A stretch of 64,000 nucleotides of DNA. It comes from Desulfobacterales bacterium (GTDB taxonomy: Bacteria > Desulfobacterota > Desulfobacteria > Desulfobacterales > UBA2245). Location of the stretch: contig JAXGZF010000005.1 in the NCBI GenBank assembly GCA_040771865.1, positions 186,001 to 250,000 of the forward strand, written 5' to 3'. The translations under genes and the position numbers were made by a program. This document shows, piece by piece, positions 21,976 to 30,845 of this stretch (position 1 is its first letter; each line of letters begins with the position of its first letter). The notes beneath the pieces are model-generated. The model saw only the letters and a program-made list of their open reading frames with translations. It ran no database searches and was not told where the DNA came from.

Positions 21976-22266
21976 TCAGTACATGCTGTCTACAAAATCC
22001 TTTTCCCTGAGCATTCTCCTTTTCCAGGTGGTAATCTGGGGCACGACATGGGGAAGCAGGCGAAGCGAATAATAGGGGGGAAGGATCGGAATGCCGAGCA
22101 TGTCCCCCATGGTGATCAGGATAAAGAGATGTTCCATGCTGGATCGGGTCTTCAGGGCATGCCTGGCCATCCCGTGGGTGGCCATTCCATAAGTGAAGTC
22201 CCTGAAAAAACCCACAATGCCGCCACCTTTCTTCTTTTTTTTATCCGGTGAGTCCTTTTCCGTCAT
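21976..22266 (-). CDS. Small CstA/ArsA-associated protein (cory-CC-star-like), paralog 2
   Basis: LFILITMGDMLGIPILPPYYSLRLLP...WKRRMLREKDF; aligns with the neighbouring small ORF. Confidence 0.75.
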   Translation of the reverse strand: MTEKDSPDKKKKKGGGIVGFFRDFTYGMATHGMARHALKTRSSMEHLFILITMGDMLGIPILPPYYSLRLLPHVVPQITTWKRRMLREKDFVDSMY

Positions 22267-22299
22267 TGACTGGTCCTTTCAATTTCTTTTGACTTTTTT

Positions 22300-22557
22300 T
22301 CATTCCTTTACAAAATCAAAGAAATCCCTTTCCTTTAGAATGCGTCTCTTCCAAACGCCGAGCCGCTTCATGTAAAAAGGGATCATCCTCAGATGGTAAT
22401 AATTGAAGAGCCCCGGAAATCCGATCATGGGCCCGAAGAGCCCGAGCATGAACAGATGGTCCAGGGCCCGTTTCTCCCCATGGATGCCTTCCAGCATGCC
22501 ATAAAGAAAGAATCCCCTGAGATATTCGCCGAGAGTTTTCATCCATGAAAAGAGCAT
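22300..22557 (-). CDS. Small CstA/ArsA-associated protein, paralog 1
   Basis: LFMLGLFGPMIGFPGLFNYYHLRMIP...WKRRILKERDF; start reassigned to the ATG at 22557. Confidence 0.72.
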   Translation of the reverse strand: MLFSWMKTLGEYLRGFFLYGMLEGIHGEKRALDHLFMLGLFGPMIGFPGLFNYYHLRMIPFYMKRLGVWKRRILKERDFFDFVKE

Positions 22558-22654
22558 GAAACCGCCCCATGATTCCGAGTTGCGGGTCCGGCATCGCCCT
22601 TTCGGGCGCCCGGCACCGATTTCCATCCATGCCCGGAAAATTTCCCAAGATGTC

Positions 22655-24310
22655 TTAAGCCATCGCCTCTTTCGCTTCGGCCGGAATGGGTTCGCCCTTG
22701 TATTTTTTGAAGGCCTTCCATCCGTCATAGGCCAGGATCAGGGCGCAAATAATAAGCAGAATGGCCACTGCCGCGGCGAAAATGTTACCGAAGACCTTCT
22801 GCCCCTTAATGGCGGCCGGAATGAGTTGAAAAAACGAGGTGTAGAAAAGGGCGCAGACCGTCGTTGCATACATAAAGAACATCGGATAGATGACAATCTT
22901 ATAGTTCTTTGCTTTCTGAACCAGGAAGAGGGTGACCAGGAGAAGGGCAAAGGAGGCCATCAACTGGTTGGCGCCCCCAAAGAGGACCCATACATAGAGC
23001 CAGGTCCCCGTCTTAACCAGAACAAAGGTGATGACCAGGGCCACGATCGTTGCCACGTGGGGATTCTTGGCGATGCCGAGCGCGTCGCCCAGAAGTTCGG
23101 CTGTTGCGACCTTCATGAAACGGAAGACCAGATTTACAATAGTCAGGGCCAGGATGATGATCATGGCGCCTGAAAGCGCCTTGGCGTAACTCAGCGGAAG
23201 GCCTATGGAGGTAATGGTGCTGCCCAGCCCTCCCACAAAGATGCTGACCGGGTTGCTCACGCTTTTGATATACTCGGCCTTGTCCGCAAAGGCTGTTGCG
23301 CATACGATCACCGCGATGATGGAGATGGTAAACTCGGCAAACATGGCCCCTGCCGTAACGGGCCGGACATCCAGCTCGTTCTCCAGTTGCCTGGAGGTCG
23401 CGGTGCTGGATACCAGGCTGTGCCAGCCCGAAATGGAGCCGCAGGCGATTGTGACGAAAAGAATCGGCCAGAGCGGACCCATTCCGATGCTCCAGCTGGT
23501 AAACGCCGGCAGCGTCATGGGCTTGGCACCGATCAGGATTCCGATTACGCCGGCGATGATTCCAAAATAGACCACATACACAGAGGCGTAATTGTATGGC
23601 TGAATAAAACGCCAAACCGGAAGGATGGAACTGAAGTACCCGAAGATGAGCACACAGATGAGTACCGTTGTGTAGGAGAGCTCGATGCTCCAGACGGTAC
23701 CTATCCAGATGGACAAAAAGATCAGGGCAATGGCGATCACGGTCGTTCCGATGATATTGAACCTTGCCTTGTAAATCAGGTGTCCCACGAGAAAGGCCAC
23801 CCCGATGATCATCAACATCGGGAATGGAAGGGCGGGATTCCCGCTGACACCCTTTGTAATGACATGTCCAAAAGCAGTGGCAATTAAAAGCAGGTAGAAG
23901 TAAACGAAGGTGAGGAGAATTTTTCTCGCCCGGGGGGAGATGAGTTTGTAGCCAAGCGCTCCGAAGGTATCCCCGTCGCTCCGTATGGAGATCATGGCGC
24001 TGGAAAAATCATGGAGCCATCCGATGAAGAATACTCCCAGCCCCAGCCAGAGGACCGCCGGCACCCAGCCCCACTGAAGGGCAACAATGGGGCCGACAAT
24101 CGGAGCGGCGCCGGCGATGGAGTTGAGCTGGAACCCATAAAGAACATTCTTGTTGGCGGGCATGAAATCGACGCCGTCCATATACATCCTGGCCGGCGTC
24201 ATCCTCTTTTCATCCACACCGAATACCTTGTTCGCAACGTGACGCGCATAGACCCAATAACCTAGAACAACAATTACTACCCACCACAATAAGACCCAAA
24301 GTGAATTCAT
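22655..24310 (-). CDS. cstA: Carbon starvation protein A family transporter
   Basis: TPA..YMDGVDF.P, SIAGAAPIVGP, LFVTIACGSISGWHSLV, LFGGANQL; many TM helices. Confidence 0.93.
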   Translation of the reverse strand: MNSLWVLLWWVVIVVLGYWVYARHVANKVFGVDEKRMTPARMYMDGVDFMPANKNVLYGFQLNSIAGAAPIVGPIVALQWGWVPAVLWLGLGVFFIGWLHDFSSAMISIRSDGDTFGALGYKLISPRARKILLTFVYFYLLLIATAFGHVITKGVSGNPALPFPMLMIIGVAFLVGHLIYKARFNIIGTTVIAIALIFLSIWIGTVWSIELSYTTVLICVLIFGYFSSILPVWRFIQPYNYASVYVVYFGIIAGVIGILIGAKPMTLPAFTSWSIGMGPLWPILFVTIACGSISGWHSLVSSTATSRQLENELDVRPVTAGAMFAEFTISIIAVIVCATAFADKAEYIKSVSNPVSIFVGGLGSTITSIGLPLSYAKALSGAMIIILALTIVNLVFRFMKVATAELLGDALGIAKNPHVATIVALVITFVLVKTGTWLYVWVLFGGANQLMASFALLLVTLFLVQKAKNYKIVIYPMFFMYATTVCALFYTSFFQLIPAAIKGQKVFGNIFAAAVAILLIICALILAYDGWKAFKKYKGEPIPAEAKEAMA

Positions 24311-24477
24311 AACTTCCCTCCTTGGGATTGAAACCCGGAAAAAGGGTGCATTAAGTCTGTTTTGTTATCATCCTTTCATCCTCTGAGAATGACAAAGGGA
24401 GCGAAATTCGAGATGTCGCCGTTAGGAGCTGGGACCATGGGTGAACAAAACACGCCATCAATACATAAGGACTTTAG

Positions 24478-24620
24478 CAGGCTGTTGAAAAACTGCGTCT
24501 GAGGCCGCCATTCAGCGTTGCGCGGCTCTCGCCAATGCTCACATATGCTTGAATATGCTGCGCTTGTCGTATCGCCGCGCGCCTTGCCTGACGGCCTGAT
24601 CCTTGTTTTTCAATACCCTG
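24478..24620 (-). mobile_element. 143-bp MITE copy 1 (opposite orientation to copies 2 and 3)
   Basis: TIRs caggctgttgaaaaa / tttttcaataccctg, flanked by a TTAG direct repeat; near-identical to 25861-26003 and 60588-60730. Confidence 0.88.
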
Positions 24621-25064
24621 TTAGACGAGAGGAACAATAATGATTCCGGCAACTGAATTGAAACATCACCTCCTTCTATCGGACGGAAAAGGGTTGTGAA
24701 ATGAGGTGGACGGCCGACTGGATGCTATGTCTTCATACTTTTCGGGTTTAGGGTGAAACCTCCTTTCCTTATGCCTGAAAAAAATGTTTACCCGGCATAC
24801 CGATAATGAAATGAAAGAAAGACTATTTTTTAACAGAAGATAAATGCGAATGTCAAGTTCGCCGATTTCAACAGTTCAGGAGAAGGGCGTGAAAAAGGGG
24901 ACAGGTCTGCTTTTGATTTTTTCGCCGGCAGAAGATTATTTTTGCCTTTTGACTCCTGTGAACAGAATATCCCGAGGCGTCATTATTCGTGCGGGCCTGC
25001 CGGAAAGGCTGTTTCGAATAAGGAGGATGGCTCAGTGTTTACGGACATTGAAAATGCGATGACC

Positions 25065-25219
25065 GGAAACGCGGCCCTGCTTCGGTCCACGCAGGCGACG
25101 AAAAAATATTCAGGAGCTCGATGAAACGCCTGAGGCCGGATTCAGGGAAACCCGGCAGACGATCCATTCGAACTTCTATACATCGTTTCAGGCTTTGAGG
25201 TGGTCAAGGGGAAACATGA
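25065..25219 (+). pseudogene. Decayed duplicate of the atpG 3' end
   Basis: Matches 18345-18506 (e.g. aaaaaatattcaggagctcgatgaaacgc.tgaggcc.gattcagggaaacccggcaga) with indels. Confidence 0.85.
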
Positions 25220-25340
25220 CAATGAAAGTTTCTCTATTATTTTCAATAAAGCATGGTATCATGGCGCCCAATGCGGCGGGTTCATTATTTTTCATCGACA
25301 AAATGAATAGTTGCAAACTCTGAGGCGGAATCATCCAATT

Positions 25341-25685
25341 ATGGCATTCAACGAGATCGAACTTCATCGAATCAAAAAAGAGGTGGGAGGGCTTTGCCGG
25401 AAAAGATCTCCCGAAGCGCTGAAAGACCAGTTGCGGTTTGACTACAAGATCGAAAAATATAATGTGATTATCTATGAAATCCGTCCCCGGTGGGACAATC
25501 CAGCTGAAATCACGGAAATGCCGATCGCGAAATTGACCTTTGTTGATAGCCGGAATCTCTGGAAACTTTTCTGGCAGAGGGCGAACGGGAAATGGGAAAA
25601 ATACGAACCAATGGATTCTTCGAAAAACTTAGGCGATCTGGCGCAGGCAATTGCAAGCGATGTCTATGGGTGCTTCTTCGGATAA
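25341..25685 (+). CDS. DUF3024 family protein
   Basis: IYEIRPRWD...PIAKL...WKLFWQRANGKWEKY...D.YGCFFG. Confidence 0.82.
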   Translation: MAFNEIELHRIKKEVGGLCRKRSPEALKDQLRFDYKIEKYNVIIYEIRPRWDNPAEITEMPIAKLTFVDSRNLWKLFWQRANGKWEKYEPMDSSKNLGDLAQAIASDVYGCFFG

Positions 25686-25860
25686 ACGGCTCGCAACCCG
25701 CAAGGCATCATGGAAACCGCGATGCCTGAAAGGGGCCGGGTGTGCGAATTGATGGACAAGGAATACTCGGATTCATTGATTCCGATGGGCATCGGAACGA
25801 GTTTTGTTTCGGCTCTGGTCTTCATGCTTTCCGCCGGAGCCGCGGCAGGCTTCCTTTTAA

Positions 25861-26003
25861 AAGGGTGTTGAAAAACAAGAATCAGGCCGTCAGGCAAGGC
25901 GCGCGGCGATGCGACAAGCGCAGCATATTCAAGCATATGTGAGCATTGGCGAGAGCCGCGCAACGCTGAATGGCGGCCTCAGGCGCAGTTTTTCAACAGC
26001 CTG
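25861..26003 (+). mobile_element. 143-bp MITE copy 2
   Basis: Same TIRs (first base mutated); TTAA on both sides. Confidence 0.88.
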
Positions 26004-26301
26004 TTAAAGGGCCAGGACGATGTTCCGCAGCTCGGGGCGGCATTGTCCTTTTGCTGATATTTATGGTTCTGATCGTCGGGCCGGTTCTTTACAACAAAAA
26101 ACCATCGCGTTTCGAAAAACAAAGATCGCCGCTTTTCCGAATGGACGGCATCGGCATTACCTGTCCGCATCTGACTCGAAATTCGAAGAACTGGCCCGCC
26201 TGATTGAAAAGAAAAGGAATCAGGTCTGCCGTTGACCTTTTCGTTAACAACGGCGGACAATTTTTCCCGCGTCTCGGCCGCTGGCAAGCCCGTCCCTGTT
26301 T

Positions 26302-27525
26302 TCAGATTGAAATTTCTGTCTGCTCCCGCATGAAGCAGCGGGGGTCTTCCGCCAGATAATCGCCGGTGTAAGCATGGGCGCGTCCCCTGCAGCCGCCGCA
26401 AACCGTCTTGTACCGGCATTCGCCGCAGAGGCCCTTCAGCGTCTTCTCCCGCCGGCGCAGGTTCCGGAACAGTTCCGATTCATGATAGATCTGATGAAAA
26501 CTTCTGTTTCGAACATTGCCGCCGCTGACCTCGACAAAGGGGCAGGGCCAGACGTCCCCGTTGGCCTTGATGTAAACAAAACCGCGTGCGGCCGCGCAGC
26601 CGTGAAAAACCTGTTCGGCCAGTTTGAGCAGCGGGCCGCCCCGAATTCCGCCTTTCTCCAGCAGATACGGCCAGTACTGAGGGCCTGCGACCGGTTCGAT
26701 GATCATGCTGCAGGATTTCTGCTTTTCCGAAATCAGTTCGCTTAAATGCTGATTGGCGCTTTTTTTCAACGTGGCCTGTTCGATCTTTTCGCCCCGCCCC
26801 ACGGCAACCAGCTGATACATCAGCATGATGCCCGCGCCGCAGCGGTCGGCGTAGTCGATGAGCTCCGGCAGATGCGGCATGTTGTATTCCATGGCCGTGG
26901 TGTTGGTCTGCAGCATGATTCCCGCTTTCCGGGTGGCCTCGATCCCCCGCATGGCCAGGTCGAAGGCGCCGGCCTTGTTGCGGACCATGTTGTGAACCGA
27001 CGGATCCGCGGCGTCCAGGCTGATCGCGTGGCAGACCACGCCGTGCTCCTTGAGCTTGAAGGCCATTTCCTCGTCGATGAGCGTTCCGTTGGTGGCGATG
27101 ATATTGGCCAGGCCCGCCTTCTGGGAATGCCGCAGCAGCTCGAAAATATCGGGCCGCACGAGCGGTTCCCCGCCGGTATAGATCAGCGTGCGGAATTCGC
27201 TTTCAGCCGCGATCATGTCGATGAGCCTTTTGCCTTCATCGGTGGTCAACTCGTCTTTGGCGGCCTGGCCGCTGATGGCATGGCAGTGAATGCACCGCAG
27301 ATTGCAGGCCCCGGTCACTTCCCAGACCGGATGTCCGGGATAACCGATGCAGCCCATGCCCCAGGCGCCGCTTGCCACCGGAATGGATTTGAAACCGTGC
27401 CTGAAAAGCCAGCCGGGGAATTTGCGCCAGCGGTTCAGATATCCCATGAGCAGCGTGCTGCCCAGCTGCCGGAACAGCAGGGAGGGCGGATTGTAGAATG
27501 CTTTGACTTTATGCTGGAGGGCCAT
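26302..27525 (-). CDS. Radical SAM/SPASM protein (NirJ/Ahb-like subgroup)
   Basis: CNLRCIHC, TGGEPL, SPASM cysteines GCAAAR...PCPF...CGECRYKTVCGGCRGRA; ATG overlaps the upstream TGA. Confidence 0.9.
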   Translation of the reverse strand: MALQHKVKAFYNPPSLLFRQLGSTLLMGYLNRWRKFPGWLFRHGFKSIPVASGAWGMGCIGYPGHPVWEVTGACNLRCIHCHAISGQAAKDELTTDEGKRLIDMIAAESEFRTLIYTGGEPLVRPDIFELLRHSQKAGLANIIATNGTLIDEEMAFKLKEHGVVCHAISLDAADPSVHNMVRNKAGAFDLAMRGIEATRKAGIMLQTNTTAMEYNMPHLPELIDYADRCGAGIMLMYQLVAVGRGEKIEQATLKKSANQHLSELISEKQKSCSMIIEPVAGPQYWPYLLEKGGIRGGPLLKLAEQVFHGCAAARGFVYIKANGDVWPCPFVEVSGGNVRNRSFHQIYHESELFRNLRRREKTLKGLCGECRYKTVCGGCRGRAHAYTGDYLAEDPRCFMREQTEISI

Positions 27526-28445
27526 CAGATATAAGCCAGAATGTAGGAAAGGGAGGTTCCCAGATTGACCGAGATGTTCAGGCCGCACAGCACCTCAAGC
27601 CTGCGGGCGTCTTGATAACGGTTTTGCAGCATCTGCCAGGCGATGAAAAGTGAAACCAGAACAAAGGGCAGGTAAAGATAAGCCACTATAAAGGGAACGC
27701 CCCAGACGGGTGCAATCATCATCGTCGCGCAGGTGAGAAGATTGAAGATGATGAAGACCGCTTTCCCCTTAGGTTTTCCAATGCGGTAGAGCAGGTTTTT
27801 CTTGCCCGTCGCGATATCCGCTTCGTAGTCGGGAAATTCGTTGAGCAGGATCACGTTGAAAATGGAAAAACCTATCGGCAGCCACATCCAGTGAATGACC
27901 GGCGCGATGGATCCGGTCTGGATATAGTAGGCCGAGGCGACGGGCAGCCAGCCGTAGCAGAAACCGATGAAGATCTCTCCCAGCCCCCTCTTGACCAGCC
28001 GGACCGGTTTCGTGGAGTAGAAGAAGCCAGGAAACGCTCCCAGACAGCCCAGCAAAAGCGTATAGGGGCCGGTTTGATAGACGAACTGCAGAATGATTCC
28101 GACGGCGGCGGCCGCCAGAATGCTGATGATGCTGGTGGCCAGCGCCACATGCGGAGACATTTTTGTTCTGAGCAGAACGCGGGTGCCGCCGGCAAACGGA
28201 TTGTCGTGATTGCGGGCGGATATTTCGTCTTCCCTGCGGTCAAAATATTCGCCGGCATGGTAGGTCGAGAGCATGATCAGAATGACGCCGAACACGCCCA
28301 GCATGAATACTTCCGGGTTGAAGACGGAATTCATTCGATAGGCCAGAAAGGTTCCCAGTAGAAACGGCAGAATGCCGACCAGATGAAACGGGGGGCGCGA
28401 GAGCGCGATCCAGCCGTGAAGTTTGTGTTGGATTGAACGGAGCAT
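27525..28445 (-). CDS. UbiA/MenA-family prenyltransferase
   Basis: EYFDRRED, NPFAGGTR, NEFPDYEADIATGKKNL; multiple TM helices. Start could extend to 28487. Confidence 0.85.
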   Translation of the reverse strand: MLRSIQHKLHGWIALSRPPFHLVGILPFLLGTFLAYRMNSVFNPEVFMLGVFGVILIMLSTYHAGEYFDRREDEISARNHDNPFAGGTRVLLRTKMSPHVALATSIISILAAAAVGIILQFVYQTGPYTLLLGCLGAFPGFFYSTKPVRLVKRGLGEIFIGFCYGWLPVASAYYIQTGSIAPVIHWMWLPIGFSIFNVILLNEFPDYEADIATGKKNLLYRIGKPKGKAVFIIFNLLTCATMMIAPVWGVPFIVAYLYLPFVLVSLFIAWQMLQNRYQDARRLEVLCGLNISVNLGTSLSYILAYI

Positions 28446-28714
28446 GGCATCAACCTTTTCTGTGGAAAACAAAGCCGTTTTTTTCAAAAACGGATTTCGA
28501 AAATCATGTACGGGTCCGCCCTATTACTGTCTTTACCAGCTTTTCGCAAAAGACTTTTCAAACATTTTTGGCGAAACTTGTCAATGGAAATGGAGACTTC
28601 GGAAGCGTTCTGACATGATTCCCGGAAGAAACCCTCGGGCTAATTTGTGATGATAATCTGGCGCCGGGCAAAGAGCGGTCGCGCCGGCGCCCAGATGGGC
28701 AGGCGCTTCAGGAA

Positions 28715-29023
28715 TCACGGTTTGCGCGGGCTTTTTCCATACAGAATGCGCAGTTCTTCCTTGGCCTGCTGCAAGATCTGCAGCTGGTCCCTGTCCAGGT
28801 TTGTTCCCGCCCGGTTGATATAGAATACGAGCATCGACATGGCGGAGCGAAACGGCGTGGCCTTGCGGCGGGTGCTGCAATCCGCCGACCGCTTGAGCGA
28901 CAGGGCAATCTGTCTGGGGTCCGCCCAGGTGAATACGCCCTCCTCCAGGTCCAGCGCATTGCTCTCCTTTGTGACCCGACCGGACCAGCCCTTGCCGGGC
29001 GAGGATTTGGATCTTGCAGACAT
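28715..29023 (-). CDS. DUF3175 family protein
   Basis: WSGRVTKESNALDLEEGVFT...SAMSMLVFYINRAG.NL. Confidence 0.85.
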   Translation of the reverse strand: MSARSKSSPGKGWSGRVTKESNALDLEEGVFTWADPRQIALSLKRSADCSTRRKATPFRSAMSMLVFYINRAGTNLDRDQLQILQQAKEELRILYGKSPRKP

Positions 29024-29123
29024 TGATGATACCTAGTCAGAAACCGCCGGATCTCTATCCGGTCGGGTCGGTGCAGATGTTCGATTTTTGGGGACATCTG
29101 AAATCATTATTGACTTGCGCCAT

Positions 29124-29230
29124 GGGGCCTGGTTTGCTGTTTTCAAGTCGCACCGGAAACCTTTGTTGAAAGAATTGAACGCCAACTCGGCGGAAAATTC
29201 AAGGGCCAAAATCATTGACCCGGAAAAGAT
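29124..29230 (+). repeat. RAYT-tail-like repeat, copy 1
   Basis: cgcaccggaaaccttt..tgaaagaattgaacgcc core. Confidence 0.75.
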
Positions 29231-29259
29231 ATGTTCGATTTTTTGAAATCGGGCGGAAA

Positions 29260-29403
29260 AAGGTCTTGAAAAACCACGCCTGAGGCCGCCGTGCAGCCTT
29301 GCGCGGCTCCTGCCGGTTCTTACATATGCTTGAATGCGTCGAGTTTCTCGTATCGCAGCGCGCCTTGCCCGACAACCTGATTCTTGTTTTTCAATATCCG
29401 GCT
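29260..29403 (-). mobile_element. Degenerate copy of the 143-bp MITE
   Basis: ttgaaaaac..gcctgaggccgcc...acatatgcttgaat...gcgcgccttgcc...ttcttgtttttcaata. Confidence 0.75.
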
Positions 29404-29453
29404 GTGCTAAAAATCTTTTGGGTTCAAGAATCGACATCGCATGAGGAGTTGAT

Positions 29454-30008
29454 ATGAGACAGGGCCTGGTACTAGTCGACATTCAGAACGATTACTTTCC
29501 CGGCGGAAAGATGGCGCTTGCCGGCATGGAGCAGGCGGCCGGAAATGCCCGAAGGCTGTTGCAGGAATTTCGAAACCGGCAGTTCCCTGTGTTTCATATT
29601 CGACACATTTCGCAGCGTCCGGGTGCGACATTCTTTTTGCCGGGCACTCAGGGCGCAGAGATTCATGAAACGGTAACCCCGAAACCGGTCGAGACCGTTA
29701 TTGAAAAGCGCTTTCCGAACAGTTTCAGGAATACTTCCCTGCTGGAGCATCTGAAGAATGCACGGGTGGAAGAAGTCGTCGTCTGCGGCGCCATGAGTCA
29801 CATGTGCATTGACGCGACGGTGCGCGCCGCATTCGATTTCGGCTTCAGCTGCATGGTCATCGAGGATGCCTGCGCCACGCGCGATCTTCGGTATAGGGGC
29901 AAAACCGTTGAAGCGGATCAGGTTCATTCGGCGTTCATGGCCGCCTTGTCGGCCCCTTGTGCAAAGGTGATTACCGCAGATGAGTTTTGCATTGCCGGCG
30001 AGCGATAA
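29454..30008 (+). CDS. Isochorismatase/cysteine hydrolase family protein
   Basis: LVDIQNDYFPGG, EKRFPNSF, GAMSHMCIDAT. Confidence 0.92.
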   Translation: MRQGLVLVDIQNDYFPGGKMALAGMEQAAGNARRLLQEFRNRQFPVFHIRHISQRPGATFFLPGTQGAEIHETVTPKPVETVIEKRFPNSFRNTSLLEHLKNARVEEVVVCGAMSHMCIDATVRAAFDFGFSCMVIEDACATRDLRYRGKTVEADQVHSAFMAALSAPCAKVITADEFCIAGER

Positions 30009-30031
30009 CCGTTTTCAGGAGCCGAGGGATC

Positions 30032-30682
30032 ATGAATGCCGTAATCGAATGTGAGGAGCGGGAATACGCGCCCTTTTTCGCGTGGCGCCGCCGCCGGAAA
30101 GACGGCTGGAAATTGCGGTTCCATCTTAAAGGTCCATCCTGGCTCGGACCGTTGGGGTATCTGTCCCCCTTTATCGGAATCTGGTGTTTCGCACGTCCTC
30201 CCAGACGCCTGTGCGATATTCCGAGAGAAGAATACCTTCAGTGCAAAATCGTGACCACGTGCGGAAGCCTCGGATCCTGCGGAATGGGCGGTCCGGGTTT
30301 TTTCGGTCTGCAGTGCCGCAAGAAACGCAATACCTTCTGGATCATCTTCACGCTTCGGGGGGCCGAGGGCTGGTTGACGCTCGATGCCAGGCTGATCGCT
30401 TCGAGCCTTTCGGAAGCCGAGAAGAAGACCTACGCCAAGCAGGGGAACATTGCCATGGAGACCGTGCATGGCGGAACCCTTGCGTCCGTAAAGTACCTGC
30501 CGTCGAGCATCGAGATCAAAATCCAAAAAGATAACGCGGAGCACGTTCTTGAACTGCGCCGGGATGGAAAGACGGTTCCGCCGTGGCGGGGAAGCGGCGA
30601 AAAGAAGAAATTCCGCGACACCGAACTGCTCGAGGACGCGCTCGTGGTCTCACGGCGGGCCGACCTGTGGACGGAAAACTGA
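30032..30682 (+). CDS. Hypothetical protein
   Basis: 216-aa ORF with SD-like GAGG; no family recognised. Confidence 0.55.
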   Translation: MNAVIECEEREYAPFFAWRRRRKDGWKLRFHLKGPSWLGPLGYLSPFIGIWCFARPPRRLCDIPREEYLQCKIVTTCGSLGSCGMGGPGFFGLQCRKKRNTFWIIFTLRGAEGWLTLDARLIASSLSEAEKKTYAKQGNIAMETVHGGTLASVKYLPSSIEIKIQKDNAEHVLELRRDGKTVPPWRGSGEKKKFRDTELLEDALVVSRRADLWTEN

Positions 30683-30845
30683 AGAGAGAAGACATGAACA
30701 GCCGGCAGATGCTTCAGGAATGACTGAGTCTCGAGCGGCCTCTTACCTTGCTCGACGCTTATGAAGTGCTTGGTGCCTGACCCATCCAGATGGCCGGATT
30801 GAAATTCCGGATCAACCGGAAACCCTGTTTTTAAAAGAGTGCGAC

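Noticed and set aside
24320..24840. Leader peptide or riboswitch upstream of cstA (several AGGAGG motifs on the minus strand)
   Set aside because: No properly spaced start codon and no recognisable aptamer; the region is also disrupted by the MITE.
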